DNA from: an uncultured Gammaproteobacteria bacterium
Lineage (GTDB): Bacteria > Patescibacteriota > Microgenomatia > UBA8517
DNA: 64,000 nucleotides
Assembly: GCA_964458085.1 (NCBI GenBank)
Contig: CAYWFF010000001.1
Coordinates: 890 to 64,889 of the forward strand
Direction: 5' to 3'
Below the pieces are notes generated by a model. It saw only the letters and a program-made list of their open reading frames with translations, did not search any database and had not been told where the DNA came from. The stretch's first letter is position 1. Every line of letters starts with the position of its first letter. Below, piece by piece: positions 20,988-31,002 of the stretch. The translations under genes were made by a program, and so were the position numbers.

Positions 20988-21974
20988 TTACTGCCTTCTT
21001 TTCTCCCACACATCCGGGTTAACAATGGTGTCCGGTCGCTGGCCGTTGAGGGTATTTAGCACCGCATCCACCGCTTGGTGTCCCATTTTTTCCCTAGCTT
21101 CCCATGTGGCGGAAGCAATATGTGGAGTCAGTATCACGTTTTCCATACCGACAAGTTCGGGATTTATATTGGGCTCATTGTCAAAAACATCAAGCCCGGC
21201 ACCGGCAAGTTTTCCCGACCGAAGCGCATTTACCAAATCATGTTCATCAACGATTGGACCGCGAGCGGTATTTAAAAGAAAGCTTCCCGGTTTCATTTTG
21301 TTAAATGCGTCAATATTCATCATGTGTCGTGTCTCGTCAGTCAAAGGCACGTGGAGTGTCACAAAATCACTCTCCGCCAAAAGTCTATCCATATCAGCAT
21401 ATTCGACTCCAAGTTCCTGCTCTGCTTGCTCATCACGGCTTCGTTTGTAATACAAAACCCGCATATTAAAACCCTTTGAGCGCCTGGCAACCATCGCACC
21501 TATCCGCCCCATACCGACGATTCCCAATGTTTTTCCGATTAGACTTGAACCGATAAATATAGAGGGTTCCCAACCTGAGTAACTTCCCCTTTTGGTTGCT
21601 TCATCTGCTTCCACAATCCTTCGGGCTAAACCTAAAATCAAAGCCCAAGCGTGCTCAGCCACCGCTTCGTTAACCTCATCTGACGGAGTGTTTGAAATTA
21701 CAATTCCCCTCTCTGTTGCATCTTCTACTTTAATATTGTCAAAGCCAACCGCGTAGTTTGATACAACTTTCAATTGCGGTCCAATAGCATCCAATACTTC
21801 TCCGTCAATTTTATCGGTTAGTAAAGACAATAAAGCATCTGCTCCCTGCGCTTTTTCCAGAAGTTCTTCCGCAGTTAGTGGTCTGTCAAATTCGGAAACC
21901 ATTATTTCGTGCCCTGAATTGTATAGCTTTTCAAGGGAGGTTCCGGGAATTTTGCGGGTTACAACAATTTTCAT
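20988..21974 (-). CDS. D-isomer-specific 2-hydroxyacid dehydrogenase (glycerate/hydroxypyruvate reductase-like)
   Basis: NAD-binding GIVGMGRIGAMVARR, catalytic-domain layout of the D-2-hydroxyacid DH family. Confidence 0.8.
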   Translation of the reverse strand: MKIVVTRKIPGTSLEKLYNSGHEIMVSEFDRPLTAEELLEKAQGADALLSLLTDKIDGEVLDAIGPQLKVVSNYAVGFDNIKVEDATERGIVISNTPSDEVNEAVAEHAWALILGLARRIVEADEATKRGSYSGWEPSIFIGSSLIGKTLGIVGMGRIGAMVARRSKGFNMRVLYYKRSRDEQAEQELGVEYADMDRLLAESDFVTLHVPLTDETRHMMNIDAFNKMKPGSFLLNTARGPIVDEHDLVNALRSGKLAGAGLDVFDNEPNINPELVGMENVILTPHIASATWEAREKMGHQAVDAVLNTLNGQRPDTIVNPDVWEKRRQ

Positions 21975-22054
21975 TAACTCCAGTCTACAAATTATTGAGA
22001 CTTACTGCAAGATGTTTGGAGAAAAAAATTAAGTAAGGTAAAATATACTTAACA

Positions 22055-23821
22055 ATGACTGAATCAGCACCCGGGAAAAATAATGTAAGTAGAAGAGATT
22101 TTTTAAAAGTAGCTGCAACAACTGCAGCTGCATTAGGTGCTGATGTGTTGAGAAGAACTACAGGAATAGATGCAAATACATTCGCCGCTGAAGCCGCTGG
22201 ACTTGAACCTCAGGTAACTTTACCTCCTAATACGGAAATCGATACTGTAGTTACATACGGTGTAAGAACGGAAAACAATGAAACCAAACTCGAACCTTTA
22301 GATTATATACAGTGCAGGCAAGTAATAGATTATTTTAATGGACTTAAAGCAGAACTAGATCCTAGAAAACGCATCACAATGGATATAGTCTCAGAAACTA
22401 CTTATAAAAATTTCACACTCGGACCAGATGATCCGAGAACAATTCAAGCTTATTACGGTGATGTACATGAAGCAAAAAACAGCATTTATGATGAGGGTAA
22501 AAAACTACTTGAAAATGTAACATTAGATGAACAGTTTGAGGGTGTAGAATTTCGAAACGTATTAATTGTAGTTAGAGATGATATTTTTCCGGAACCACCC
22601 GAATCTCACCATTTAGGATTTATAGATCCAAACAACCCAGGACCGTATTTATACGTAGATGGCTGGCGGGGACGTGTCGGTGAACTGTCCGAACCAAGAT
22701 CAAGTGACTATTGGATTGATGCTTTACAAGCAGATGGCTCCAGACTTCATGAGGGTTGTCATTTAACAGAAGATCTACCTGACGATTATTTAATAGACTA
22801 TGATTACAATTTAACAGGAACACAAAATTTATTACGTTTTATACAAGATAAGAAGTACCCAAATGGCGACAAGCGAATAGCTGAAATTGTTGGTGTAAAT
22901 GTAGAAGAAATAGAAGTTCATCTTATTCAAAAAATTGAATTACAAAAAAACCAAGCTGAGAAAAACACCTCGGCAAATGTTGATCCATTCAGAGGTGTAC
23001 CAACCGAGTGGAGAAAATATTTTGTTAATCAACGGATTGGCCCCCCGGGCACAACCCCCGATCCTGACGGTTCCACTATAATGAGTGAGGCATCGCAAAT
23101 GAAGATAAGCAGATATGCAATGTATGTGCAATTGAACCGTATTAGAGAAGGCAAGATGCATGATCTTACTTATACTAAACCAGAAATATACGGAATTCCT
23201 CCCTTAATAGCAGAAGAAAATTACTTGAATGTTGGGACTGCTTTAAATGGTCAACAATTTGAAATATATCGATCAGAAGGTGATTATGGTGATAGACATT
23301 TTGAAAGAATTCTAAATGGTAGTGTTGAGGATGGAAAAATTAATATACAAAACCCTTGGTCTGATCCGAACCTATTAGTAAACGTACAGGGGCGGGATAT
23401 GATTCCTGAATACCGAAGTCTTCTTTTTATAAAAGTTATCGGTAGTGATCCAGATAATCCAAAGTGGATATATATGGATGCCCGGTCGTTTTTTGAAGCA
23501 TATATTAAACATCACAAAACTAAAGCAGTAGAATTTACCCATATTCCTCTGGCAGATAAAAACTCAATATTCCAAACTCACGATTGGGCAAGTCATGGGA
23601 ATACGAGAGTTTATCAAGAAGCTACCTTAACCTCCACACCTCTTCCAGCAACTGAAACTCCACAATTTACAGTTACACAAACACCACCCGCCAGCACTGG
23701 TACACAAACTGCAACAGTCACGGAACAACCAACTGTTCAACCGCCAATTTCTGCAACTCCGACTCCACTGAGGCAACGATTGGAGAAAATATTTATACCA
23801 CTTTTAAAGAAAGGAAGATAA
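22055..23821 (+). CDS. Tat-signal secreted protein of unknown function with Thr/Pro-rich C-terminus
   Basis: SRRDFLKVAATTAAALGA twin-arginine motif; C-terminal TPxTxT low-complexity. Confidence 0.5.
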   Translation: MTESAPGKNNVSRRDFLKVAATTAAALGADVLRRTTGIDANTFAAEAAGLEPQVTLPPNTEIDTVVTYGVRTENNETKLEPLDYIQCRQVIDYFNGLKAELDPRKRITMDIVSETTYKNFTLGPDDPRTIQAYYGDVHEAKNSIYDEGKKLLENVTLDEQFEGVEFRNVLIVVRDDIFPEPPESHHLGFIDPNNPGPYLYVDGWRGRVGELSEPRSSDYWIDALQADGSRLHEGCHLTEDLPDDYLIDYDYNLTGTQNLLRFIQDKKYPNGDKRIAEIVGVNVEEIEVHLIQKIELQKNQAEKNTSANVDPFRGVPTEWRKYFVNQRIGPPGTTPDPDGSTIMSEASQMKISRYAMYVQLNRIREGKMHDLTYTKPEIYGIPPLIAEENYLNVGTALNGQQFEIYRSEGDYGDRHFERILNGSVEDGKINIQNPWSDPNLLVNVQGRDMIPEYRSLLFIKVIGSDPDNPKWIYMDARSFFEAYIKHHKTKAVEFTHIPLADKNSIFQTHDWASHGNTRVYQEATLTSTPLPATETPQFTVTQTPPASTGTQTATVTEQPTVQPPISATPTPLRQRLEKIFIPLLKKGR

Positions 23822-23875
23822 CTCAAGTTATTAAACTCGATGGTTACAGTGTCTTAGAGAGAATTCAAAGGTGAA

Positions 23876-24871
23876 CTACAACTCACTCACTCCCACGCCA
23901 CAGCTTTTGGCACGCTCCAGCCATTCAGGCATTTTTTCCTCGGTTAAAAGTCCCTTTTGCGGTCCCATGTAGCCTATAACCGAAGATGCGTTAACTGCAC
24001 CCCATACCAAGGCTTCTTCCAAAGGTTTGCCTTTTATTAGAGCCGCAATCATACCCGAACCAAAAGAATCCCCTGCTCCGGTCCGCTCGTAAGCATCAAT
24101 AGGAAGTGCTCCTGCCCGTAAAAACCTTTCACCGTCATACACAAATGAGCCATTGCTGCCGTCTGTAATTACGGACACCTTGGGCCCCATCTGACTCATA
24201 GCGCTTAAAAGCTCTCTGTCCTTGTCGTGAGAGTCACCAAATCCTGTTATTTTTTCAGCTTCTTGCCTGTTTACGTACACTAAATAAGTTGATTCCAAAA
24301 CCGGTTTTATGGTTTCAATTCCTGCCCTTAGCTGCCTACTTCCGGGATTAAAAGCTAATTTAGTTTCAGGATGCGTCTTAGCCCAGCGGGAAAGTTTTAG
24401 GTAAAAATCTTCAAATCCTTCTGCCATGGAAGTCAAATATACCCAAGGAACTAGAGGAAAGTCCTCAGGAAACTGATATTCTTTTTTGGCATGGTAAGTG
24501 AAAATTGTCCGCTCCCCCGAATAAACGACTACGGTCGAATAATTGGACTCTACTCCGTCAAGCATACGGGTGTAAACCAGATCAACCCCTTCGTCCCGTA
24601 ATTGATCGTATATATTTCTTCCGGTTGTGTCTCCTCCTAAACTTGATAAAATTCCGGTTTTGATACCTAAACGGGCTGCACCAACTGCGTTATTTGCTGC
24701 ATTTCCCCCAACAGAAAAGTCCAGAGTGCGCACAGGAATTTTGTCGCCGTAAGAAAAACAAATTAGACAATCTTTATCATTGAGTTGACACAAAGCTTCA
24801 CTTTCAGTAGGAGTAATGTATACATCCATCGTCGCATCCCCAACGGATAAAAGTTCCAGATCTGTTGTCAT
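23876..24871 (-). CDS. PfkB-family carbohydrate kinase
   Basis: GAGDSFGSGMIAAL (PfkB signature 2), GG motif near N-terminus. Confidence 0.7.
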   Translation of the reverse strand: MTTDLELLSVGDATMDVYITPTESEALCQLNDKDCLICFSYGDKIPVRTLDFSVGGNAANNAVGAARLGIKTGILSSLGGDTTGRNIYDQLRDEGVDLVYTRMLDGVESNYSTVVVYSGERTIFTYHAKKEYQFPEDFPLVPWVYLTSMAEGFEDFYLKLSRWAKTHPETKLAFNPGSRQLRAGIETIKPVLESTYLVYVNRQEAEKITGFGDSHDKDRELLSAMSQMGPKVSVITDGSNGSFVYDGERFLRAGALPIDAYERTGAGDSFGSGMIAALIKGKPLEEALVWGAVNASSVIGYMGPQKGLLTEEKMPEWLERAKSCGVGVSEL

Positions 24872-24890
24872 ATTCTATACTACCACGAAG

Positions 24891-25961
24891 TTACTCGTTC
24901 TCTAAAGAAATGTTATATTTCCCCTCTCTGGCCAGAGAATTTAGTTTTACCCGTTTTAGGAAAGCTTGTTGGGAATTTTCTCTATTTTCCTCTTTCCCTT
25001 GCCAGGTTGAAAGAACCGGTTCCTGAAGTGCGCGCCCGAAAGAAAAACTTATTTGCCAAGGCGTATCTGCTTTGTTTTTATTAATTTCATTCAAGTATAA
25101 AGTGGAGTCTTCTGGTGTTAAACCTCCGGACAAAAAGACTACCCCGGGAACTTGCGCAGGAACTGAACGGGTTAAGGTGTGGAGAGTCAACTCGGCAATT
25201 TCTTCTAAAGTTGCTTTACTTTGGTTTTCTTTACCTGAAACAATCATATTTACCTTCAAAAGCATGCCTTCATAGATTACTTTATGATCTTCAAGAGATG
25301 CGAATAGGGTTTTTAAAACCGCAGTAGTCACTTCTTCGCATCTGCCTATATCGTGATCTCCATCCATTAGAATTTCAGGCTCGACAATTGGCACCAGTAC
25401 TGCTTCTTGAGACAACGCAGCAAAACGGGACAGTAATTCGACGTTTGAATTTATACAAGTTAATGTCGGAATTCCTGCTCCTACCGTAATAACTGCCCGC
25501 CATTTTGTGAAAGCCGCGCCCAGGGAAACATATTCTGATAGTCTCTCGCGAAGTCCGTCTATTCCTTCAGTTATCTTTTCATCTGGAAAAAATGCCAAAT
25601 CGACCGTCCCTTTGTCCACTTTGATTCCGGGAAGAATTCCACGCTCATGAAGATACTGAGGAATAGGTTTACCATAAGTTGTCGTTTGTCTAATAGTTTC
25701 ATCAAAAAGAATTACCCCGCTGATGTATTTTTCCATTTCAGGAGTTGTAAGCAATAAATCTCTGTATTTTCTTCTCGATTCTTCAGTTGATTCAATTCCG
25801 ATTTTGTCAAACCGCTTTTTGATGGAAGGAAAACTCTCATCGGCAGCTAGAATTCCTCTACCCTCGGCAACTAATTGTTTGGCAACTGAAATCAATTTAT
25901 CTTTGTCCATAGCAGTTAGTTTAAAGTAGCATGCGGCAGTTGAAATTACAATCTCCTCCAC
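24891..25961 (-). CDS. fba: class I fructose-bisphosphate aldolase
   Basis: GRGILAADES...ISGVILFDETIRQ matches class I FBA N-terminal block. Confidence 0.7.
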   Translation of the reverse strand: MEEIVISTAACYFKLTAMDKDKLISVAKQLVAEGRGILAADESFPSIKKRFDKIGIESTEESRRKYRDLLLTTPEMEKYISGVILFDETIRQTTTYGKPIPQYLHERGILPGIKVDKGTVDLAFFPDEKITEGIDGLRERLSEYVSLGAAFTKWRAVITVGAGIPTLTCINSNVELLSRFAALSQEAVLVPIVEPEILMDGDHDIGRCEEVTTAVLKTLFASLEDHKVIYEGMLLKVNMIVSGKENQSKATLEEIAELTLHTLTRSVPAQVPGVVFLSGGLTPEDSTLYLNEINKNKADTPWQISFSFGRALQEPVLSTWQGKEENRENSQQAFLKRVKLNSLAREGKYNISLENE

Positions 25962-25973
25962 TGATAATGAAGT

Positions 25974-26438
25974 ATGGCAAAAGAACCAGAGATAATAACA
26001 GTAGTCAAAGCGAAACGGTCAATATTCGATTATTTTAAACCTAAGAAAAAAAGAGCTGACAAAAAACCTAAACCCAAAAAGCTTCCCAAAGCAACGGTTT
26101 TTATTGAAACAAAGAAAGTAAGTCCGGCAATTTCCAAAGAAGCACCTTTGTCTACTAAGGTAGTTTCTAATCCCGTACAACCACCGCAACCCACCAAAAA
26201 AACTAATGTGTCTAAAAAGGCTAAGGCAAAAGATAATACTTTACCGAAAGCGGTGCCTAAGTTAGAAAAAGTTAAAACACTCTCAACTACACAAAATGTT
26301 GCTCCCCGCACAGACGGTATCGTGGTCGGTCACATTAAACCTGTTAGCAAATTACCAGTAATTGTAGTGACGCTGTTTATCCTTTTTGTTATGTTTTCAA
26401 TACTTATTTACCTCGTAATTCAAAATACCATTTCCTAA
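25974..26438 (+). CDS. Lys-rich protein with C-terminal TM anchor
   Basis: Lys/Pro-rich, C-terminal hydrophobic helix. Confidence 0.4.
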   Translation: MAKEPEIITVVKAKRSIFDYFKPKKKRADKKPKPKKLPKATVFIETKKVSPAISKEAPLSTKVVSNPVQPPQPTKKTNVSKKAKAKDNTLPKAVPKLEKVKTLSTTQNVAPRTDGIVVGHIKPVSKLPVIVVTLFILFVMFSILIYLVIQNTIS

Positions 26439-26479
26439 ACTTCGCTTGAAATGAATAACATTTCTGACTACACTACCCT

Positions 26480-26893
26480 ATGACCACCATCCCCGAATCG
26501 GAATATGGCTTTCTGTTTCACTATTACCGGGCTGAAGTATACCGTGAGTCAAATTGGCGAAGCAGACTCGATGTTACCACCAATTGGGCCATTGTCACAA
26601 CCGCTGCAATTATTTCCTTTGCGTTCGGAGAACCACGTGTTCCTCATACAATAATTTTAGTAAACTACTTGCTAATCTGGTTTTTCCTCTATTTAGAAGC
26701 AAGAAGATACAGATATTACACAATGCTTCGCGAGAGGACTCGTGCCCTGGAAAAAGAACTCTTTGCACCTATTTTTTCCGGTACAAACATTAAAAACCTT
26801 GACGTAGAAAAGTGGCAGCATGCAGTTTCTGACGATTTACAAAAACCACATGTCCATATGTCAAAAGCCGAAGCAATAGCCTGGCGGATGTAA
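26480..26893 (+). CDS. hypothetical membrane protein
   Basis: two predicted TM helices. Confidence 0.4.
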   Translation: MTTIPESEYGFLFHYYRAEVYRESNWRSRLDVTTNWAIVTTAAIISFAFGEPRVPHTIILVNYLLIWFFLYLEARRYRYYTMLRERTRALEKELFAPIFSGTNIKNLDVEKWQHAVSDDLQKPHVHMSKAEAIAWRM

Positions 26894-27118
26894 CATAATT
26901 ATATTATGCTTTTTATCTTTTTATTTTTAGTTTGGATAACGAAAATCCGGGCATATCCGGTTGACGCTATAGACTTAGAGCAAATGTTTGAAAACGCAAG
27001 ACTTTCTTTCATTCCGGGAGGTTTGGTGTTCGCTGTTTTTTCGATTTTTCTTACTATAACTATTGCCTTTGCAATCTATATTCCCAGACATTCTGAGGTG
27101 GATGATCTTCCTTAAGAT

Positions 27119-27616
27119 CTAAACAATCTGTTTTCGAAGTATAAATGGTGAAACAAGTCCGCCTAAACCTAACAGTGTAAGCATTACGGTGGGGAGCCCA
27201 AATCCTGCATCAGGGAGCTGATCGGTTGCGGTGGTTGTTCCGGTGGAGTTTTCGATACCAGTGTCTGCCGGCACATCACTTCCGGTAGTTAATGTAAAAC
27301 TATACAATCCGCCAGTTGGAGATGAAAGAGCTACGCTGTGGTCCCCTTCCGTAAGGGTCGTAGCATAACTCCAGTTTCCTCCGGTGTCTGCGGAAGTTGT
27401 TGCCGACACATCATCTATAACTATAGTTACTACTTCTGACGCAGTTGTTGTTCCAGTTAAAACTACATTTGTACTTGTATACCACCAATGGGAATATTTA
27501 GCTCCACTTGTATCCAAGCCACCGATTGCAGTAAGGGTCAAGTCGGCAGCGAAAGCGGCGTGGGGAAAAAGTAGAAAAACAACAAGAAAAACTGAAATGA
27601 TTCTGGACAGATGCAT
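27119..27616 (-). CDS. secreted Thr-rich surface protein with LPDAG + hydrophobic + RK C-terminal sorting-signal-like tail
   Basis: signal peptide, T/S-rich repeats, C-terminus QLPDAGFGLPTVMLTLLGLGGLVSPFILRKQIV. Confidence 0.45.
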   Translation of the reverse strand: MHLSRIISVFLVVFLLFPHAAFAADLTLTAIGGLDTSGAKYSHWWYTSTNVVLTGTTTASEVVTIVIDDVSATTSADTGGNWSYATTLTEGDHSVALSSPTGGLYSFTLTTGSDVPADTGIENSTGTTTATDQLPDAGFGLPTVMLTLLGLGGLVSPFILRKQIV

Positions 27617-27697
27617 TACTTATTATTACGGAAGTTTAAACACCTTGTCAATGGAGCAACAAATTAGCAAATGAAAGAAGTTGTATTATTGGTATTG

Positions 27698-28699
27698 TTA
27701 TTCTGAAGTGTTTTTCCGGGTAATAACTTTCCTTACTTTCTCTTCGATGCGTTCTGCCGTAAGTCCATACTTCTCCCACAATTCTTCAGGTTTACCTGAT
27801 TCACCAAATGAGTCCTGCATCCCTACAAATTCCATAGGCGTAGGCTCCCGTTTTACTAATAATTCTGCAACTGTACTCCCCAATCCGCCACTTACTTGAT
27901 GCTCTTCGACAGATACTACTGCACCAGTTCGTCTGGCAACTGAAAGAATTGTTTCTTCATCAAGTGGTTTAACGGTGTGACTATTCACTACAAGCACTTC
28001 TATTCCTTGCTCTTCCAACAAATGTGCAGCTTTCAAAGCTTCAGACAATAGTGGTCCACAGGCAACTATAGCTGCCTGAGGACTAGCAGACTGCCAATAA
28101 ATTTCAGCTTTACCGATTTCAAATGGGGTTTCTTCAGTTGTCATTACAGCGGTTTTTTCGCGAGCAAGCCTTATATAAGAAGGCTTGCCGTTGTCAGCGA
28201 TTGCAATTGTTGCTTTTTTCGCCTCTATTGCGTCGCAAGGAACAACAACAATCACATTAGGCAACACCCGCATCAAAGCAATGTCTTCTAGCGCTTGATG
28301 TGTTGCGCCGTCCGGACCAACGGAAACTCCGGAATGGGAACCCACAATTTTGACTGGCATTTCGTTAAGCGCAACAGTAGTTCTAATCTGCTCCCAGTTT
28401 CTCCCCGGAGAAAAAGTGGCGTATGAAGCTATAAAAGGGATTTTTCCAACTGCTGCCATTCCTGCAGCAACTGTAACTAATGCCTGTTCCGCAACCCCAA
28501 CCTCAATAAACCTTTCGGGAAATTCCTTGCGAAATAAATCCATTTTCGTGCTTTCAGTCAGATCAGCACACAAGGCAATCACCTGTTCGTTCCGCTTCCC
28601 CGTTTCCACCAAACCTTCCCCAAACCCCTGGCGGGTAGGTACCAAGTCCACTTCTGAAGTGAAAATTCTTTCTGATAACAAAAGATTCTTGTTTAACAT
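27698..28699 (-). CDS. transketolase, C-terminal subunit
   Basis: Pyr/C-terminal domain similarity; adjacent to N-terminal subunit. Confidence 0.85.
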   Translation of the reverse strand: MLNKNLLLSERIFTSEVDLVPTRQGFGEGLVETGKRNEQVIALCADLTESTKMDLFRKEFPERFIEVGVAEQALVTVAAGMAAVGKIPFIASYATFSPGRNWEQIRTTVALNEMPVKIVGSHSGVSVGPDGATHQALEDIALMRVLPNVIVVVPCDAIEAKKATIAIADNGKPSYIRLAREKTAVMTTEETPFEIGKAEIYWQSASPQAAIVACGPLLSEALKAAHLLEEQGIEVLVVNSHTVKPLDEETILSVARRTGAVVSVEEHQVSGGLGSTVAELLVKREPTPMEFVGMQDSFGESGKPEELWEKYGLTAERIEEKVRKVITRKNTSE

Positions 28700-28702
28700 A
28701 AT

Positions 28703-29545
28703 TTATTCGTATTCCGATTGTATCTTCCCTCCCAAACTTCTCAAATTCTGCAATGCATCAATTGCGTCCCCCAGGTCAGGTGGCTTTCCGTGCCACTCAG
28801 GCAAGTTCTCCATAAATTCGACTCCCTTCCCCGGAATTGTCCGGCAAATTACAGCAACCGGATTGACATGAATTGCGCGTGCCTCGTTTGCTGCATCTAT
28901 AATTGCCTCGATATTGTGACCGTCTATTTCCAACACCGTCCAGTTAAATGCTTCATACTTTGCCCGTAAAGGCTCGAGAGGCATCACATCTTCTGTATAG
29001 CCGTCAATTTGAATGTTATTACGGTCAATAAACATTGTTAAATTAGCCAAATTGTATTTACCGGCAAAAAGAACCGCTTCCCAATGATTTCCTTCCTGAT
29101 GCTCTCCGTCTGAAGTTACTGCATAAACTCTGTTAGTTTTGCCGTCCATCCTTAAGCCGTAGGCCATTCCCGAAGCTTGTGCTAAACCAGAGCCTAAGGG
29201 ACCTGAAGTTGTTTCAATTCCTGGGAGTTTGGTACGTTCAGGATGACCTTGAAGTCTTGTGCCTAACTTCCGGAGAGTTAACAATTCCGATATGGGAAAA
29301 TAGCCGGCATGGGCAAGTGTCGCATAAAGTACTGGAGTGATGTGTCCGCAGGAAAGCACCAATCGGTCACGTTCTTCCCACATTGGCTCATCAGGATTAT
29401 GCTTTAAAATGTTAAAATACAAAGCAGTAAACACGTCTGCCATCCCCAAAGGCCCTGCAGAATGCCCGCTTCCTGCTTCTAAAAGCATTTTGACAATATC
29501 CTGTCTTATTTCGTTGGCTCTACTCTCGAGTTCCTGTGTTGTCAT
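28703..29545 (-). CDS. transketolase, N-terminal (TPP-binding) subunit
   Basis: GHSAGPLGMADV..., TPP-binding GDGE..EGN motif; split transketolase arrangement. Confidence 0.85.
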   Translation of the reverse strand: MTTQELESRANEIRQDIVKMLLEAGSGHSAGPLGMADVFTALYFNILKHNPDEPMWEERDRLVLSCGHITPVLYATLAHAGYFPISELLTLRKLGTRLQGHPERTKLPGIETTSGPLGSGLAQASGMAYGLRMDGKTNRVYAVTSDGEHQEGNHWEAVLFAGKYNLANLTMFIDRNNIQIDGYTEDVMPLEPLRAKYEAFNWTVLEIDGHNIEAIIDAANEARAIHVNPVAVICRTIPGKGVEFMENLPEWHGKPPDLGDAIDALQNLRSLGGKIQSEYE

Positions 29546-29581
29546 ATTTAGCGAATTAAAATAGTTCTACCAATTTAGTAA

Positions 29582-29598
29582 AGAATATTAAATATTCT
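29582..29598. promoter_or_regulatory. perfect 8-1-8 palindrome AGAATATTaAATATTCT upstream of transketolase genes
   Basis: direct reading; lies 37-53 bp upstream of the 28703-29545 start on its strand. Confidence 0.3.
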
Positions 29599-29655
29599 AG
29601 CCCGATAAAAAGTGTGTTTCCTTTGTGTTTATTTCCAACTTTACAAAACCATATT

Positions 29656-29699
29656 ATTCGTAGCTATTCGTATCATTCGTACTCATTCGTAGATTAGTA
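29656..29699. repeat. four to five tandem about 10-bp phased repeats of ATTCGTA
   Basis: ATTCGTA at 29656, 29666, 29675, 29685 and degenerate ATTAGTA at 29693. Confidence 0.55.
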
Positions 29700-29705
29700 T
29701 CATTA

Positions 29706-30356
29706 TTAAGTCATGAATGCTTTCTCACTACACACCTTGCAATGGCTGTGGTCTATTTTTTGAAGTTTGTGTTCAAACTTTTGAATAGTAGGCAAAACAT
29801 CCTCTCGTCTTTCGACAATCTCAAATGAATTCATTTCCTGATAATCTATGTTCATGTTCCGCTTTATAGCGTCAACAATTTCGTGCCAGAAGTCTCCATA
29901 GAGAATAAACGGTTTATGGTGTCCATGATAAAGTTTGGACAGAACCCAAGCTGTCCCGAATTCGCTTAAAGTACCAGATCCGCCTTTAAAAATAATAAAC
30001 ATATCCGCATGTTCCAGAAGTTTAAACATTCGCTCAATATAGTTTGTTGTCTTTATTTCATCAGTAGTAATATTTCTGACATACCGACCTTCAAATCCCG
30101 GTGCGTCTTTCGGATAAAAAGTCACGGAAATGGTTTCCCCATGTACTGCTGCAGCTCCTTGGGTGGCTGCATACATCACTCCCGGGCCGCCGCCATTTAC
30201 AATCGTAAAGCCTTCTAATGAAAGCTCCTTTGCCAATTCATAAGCGTCTTTAAAAACGGGATCTGTTTCAGGTATGTTTGCATCCCCGAAAAAAGCAATA
30301 TTTTTTAAAAGCGGGCGCGGAAAAGGAACGGAACTTGCTTTGGTTTTCTCACCCAT
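29706..30356 (-). CDS. LOG-family protein (TIGR00730 Rossmann-fold nucleotide-binding)
   Basis: GGGPGVM and KGGSGTLSEF (PGGxGTxxE) motifs. Confidence 0.7.
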   Translation of the reverse strand: MGEKTKASSVPFPRPLLKNIAFFGDANIPETDPVFKDAYELAKELSLEGFTIVNGGGPGVMYAATQGAAAVHGETISVTFYPKDAPGFEGRYVRNITTDEIKTTNYIERMFKLLEHADMFIIFKGGSGTLSEFGTAWVLSKLYHGHHKPFILYGDFWHEIVDAIKRNMNIDYQEMNSFEIVERREDVLPTIQKFEHKLQKIDHSHCKVCSEKAFMT

Positions 30357-31002
30357 GAAGTTTTATCTCCTTTTCAAATTCTTCCAAGTTAGTTTTTAGA
30401 TCCCTTTCAAAAAGCCTTATACCAATAGCCAATTCATCTGCTCCTGCTTCGACAATTTCCTTAGCATTTTCCGGGGTGATACCGATATCGGAAATTATGG
30501 AAAACGGAGTATCATCTTTTTTACGTAATTCATTTAATTCCTTTATTTTACCTAAAGCCCTTTTGTCAAAAGGCTGTCCGCCGAATCCTGCCGAGCCGTT
30601 AAGAATCAAAACCGTATCAAGATCAGTCAAGATTTCCTTGTCTAGAGCGCCCAGCGGAGTTTCAATATCCAAAGCAAGTCCTACTTTGCAGCCAGTTGCT
30701 TGGACTTTACCAATAAACTCTATCTGGCTTTCCATCATTTCAATTTGACCAATTATTCGCTCCGCCATACCTCGCACACAGCGCTCTACCCAGTCGATAG
30801 GGTTTCTAACCATTAAATGGTAATCAAGTCTGAGGGAACTTTCGAGATCAGAAAAAACTGACGGATCAACTGTTTTATTGGCTGCAAATTCACCATCAAT
30901 AATATCAATTTGGAACTTTTCAACTAAGTCCTCGCACTGTTCAATCCAGTTTTTAATTTCATTAGGATCGTTTGAAATAGGTGATGGGATAATTATCGCC
31001 AT
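30349..31002 (-). CDS. rpe: ribulose-phosphate 3-epimerase
   Basis: DIIDGEF, DYHLMV, NGSAGFGGQPF motif blocks. Confidence 0.7.
   Translation of the reverse strand: MAIIIPSPISNDPNEIKNWIEQCEDLVEKFQIDIIDGEFAANKTVDPSVFSDLESSLRLDYHLMVRNPIDWVERCVRGMAERIIGQIEMMESQIEFIGKVQATGCKVGLALDIETPLGALDKEILTDLDTVLILNGSAGFGGQPFDKRALGKIKELNELRKKDDTPFSIISDIGITPENAKEIVEAGADELAIGIRLFERDLKTNLEEFEKEIKLHG

Noticed and set aside
29656-29699. CRISPR array
   Set aside because: Units are 7 bp with 2-3-bp spacing, far too short for CRISPR repeats and spacers, and no cas genes are present.
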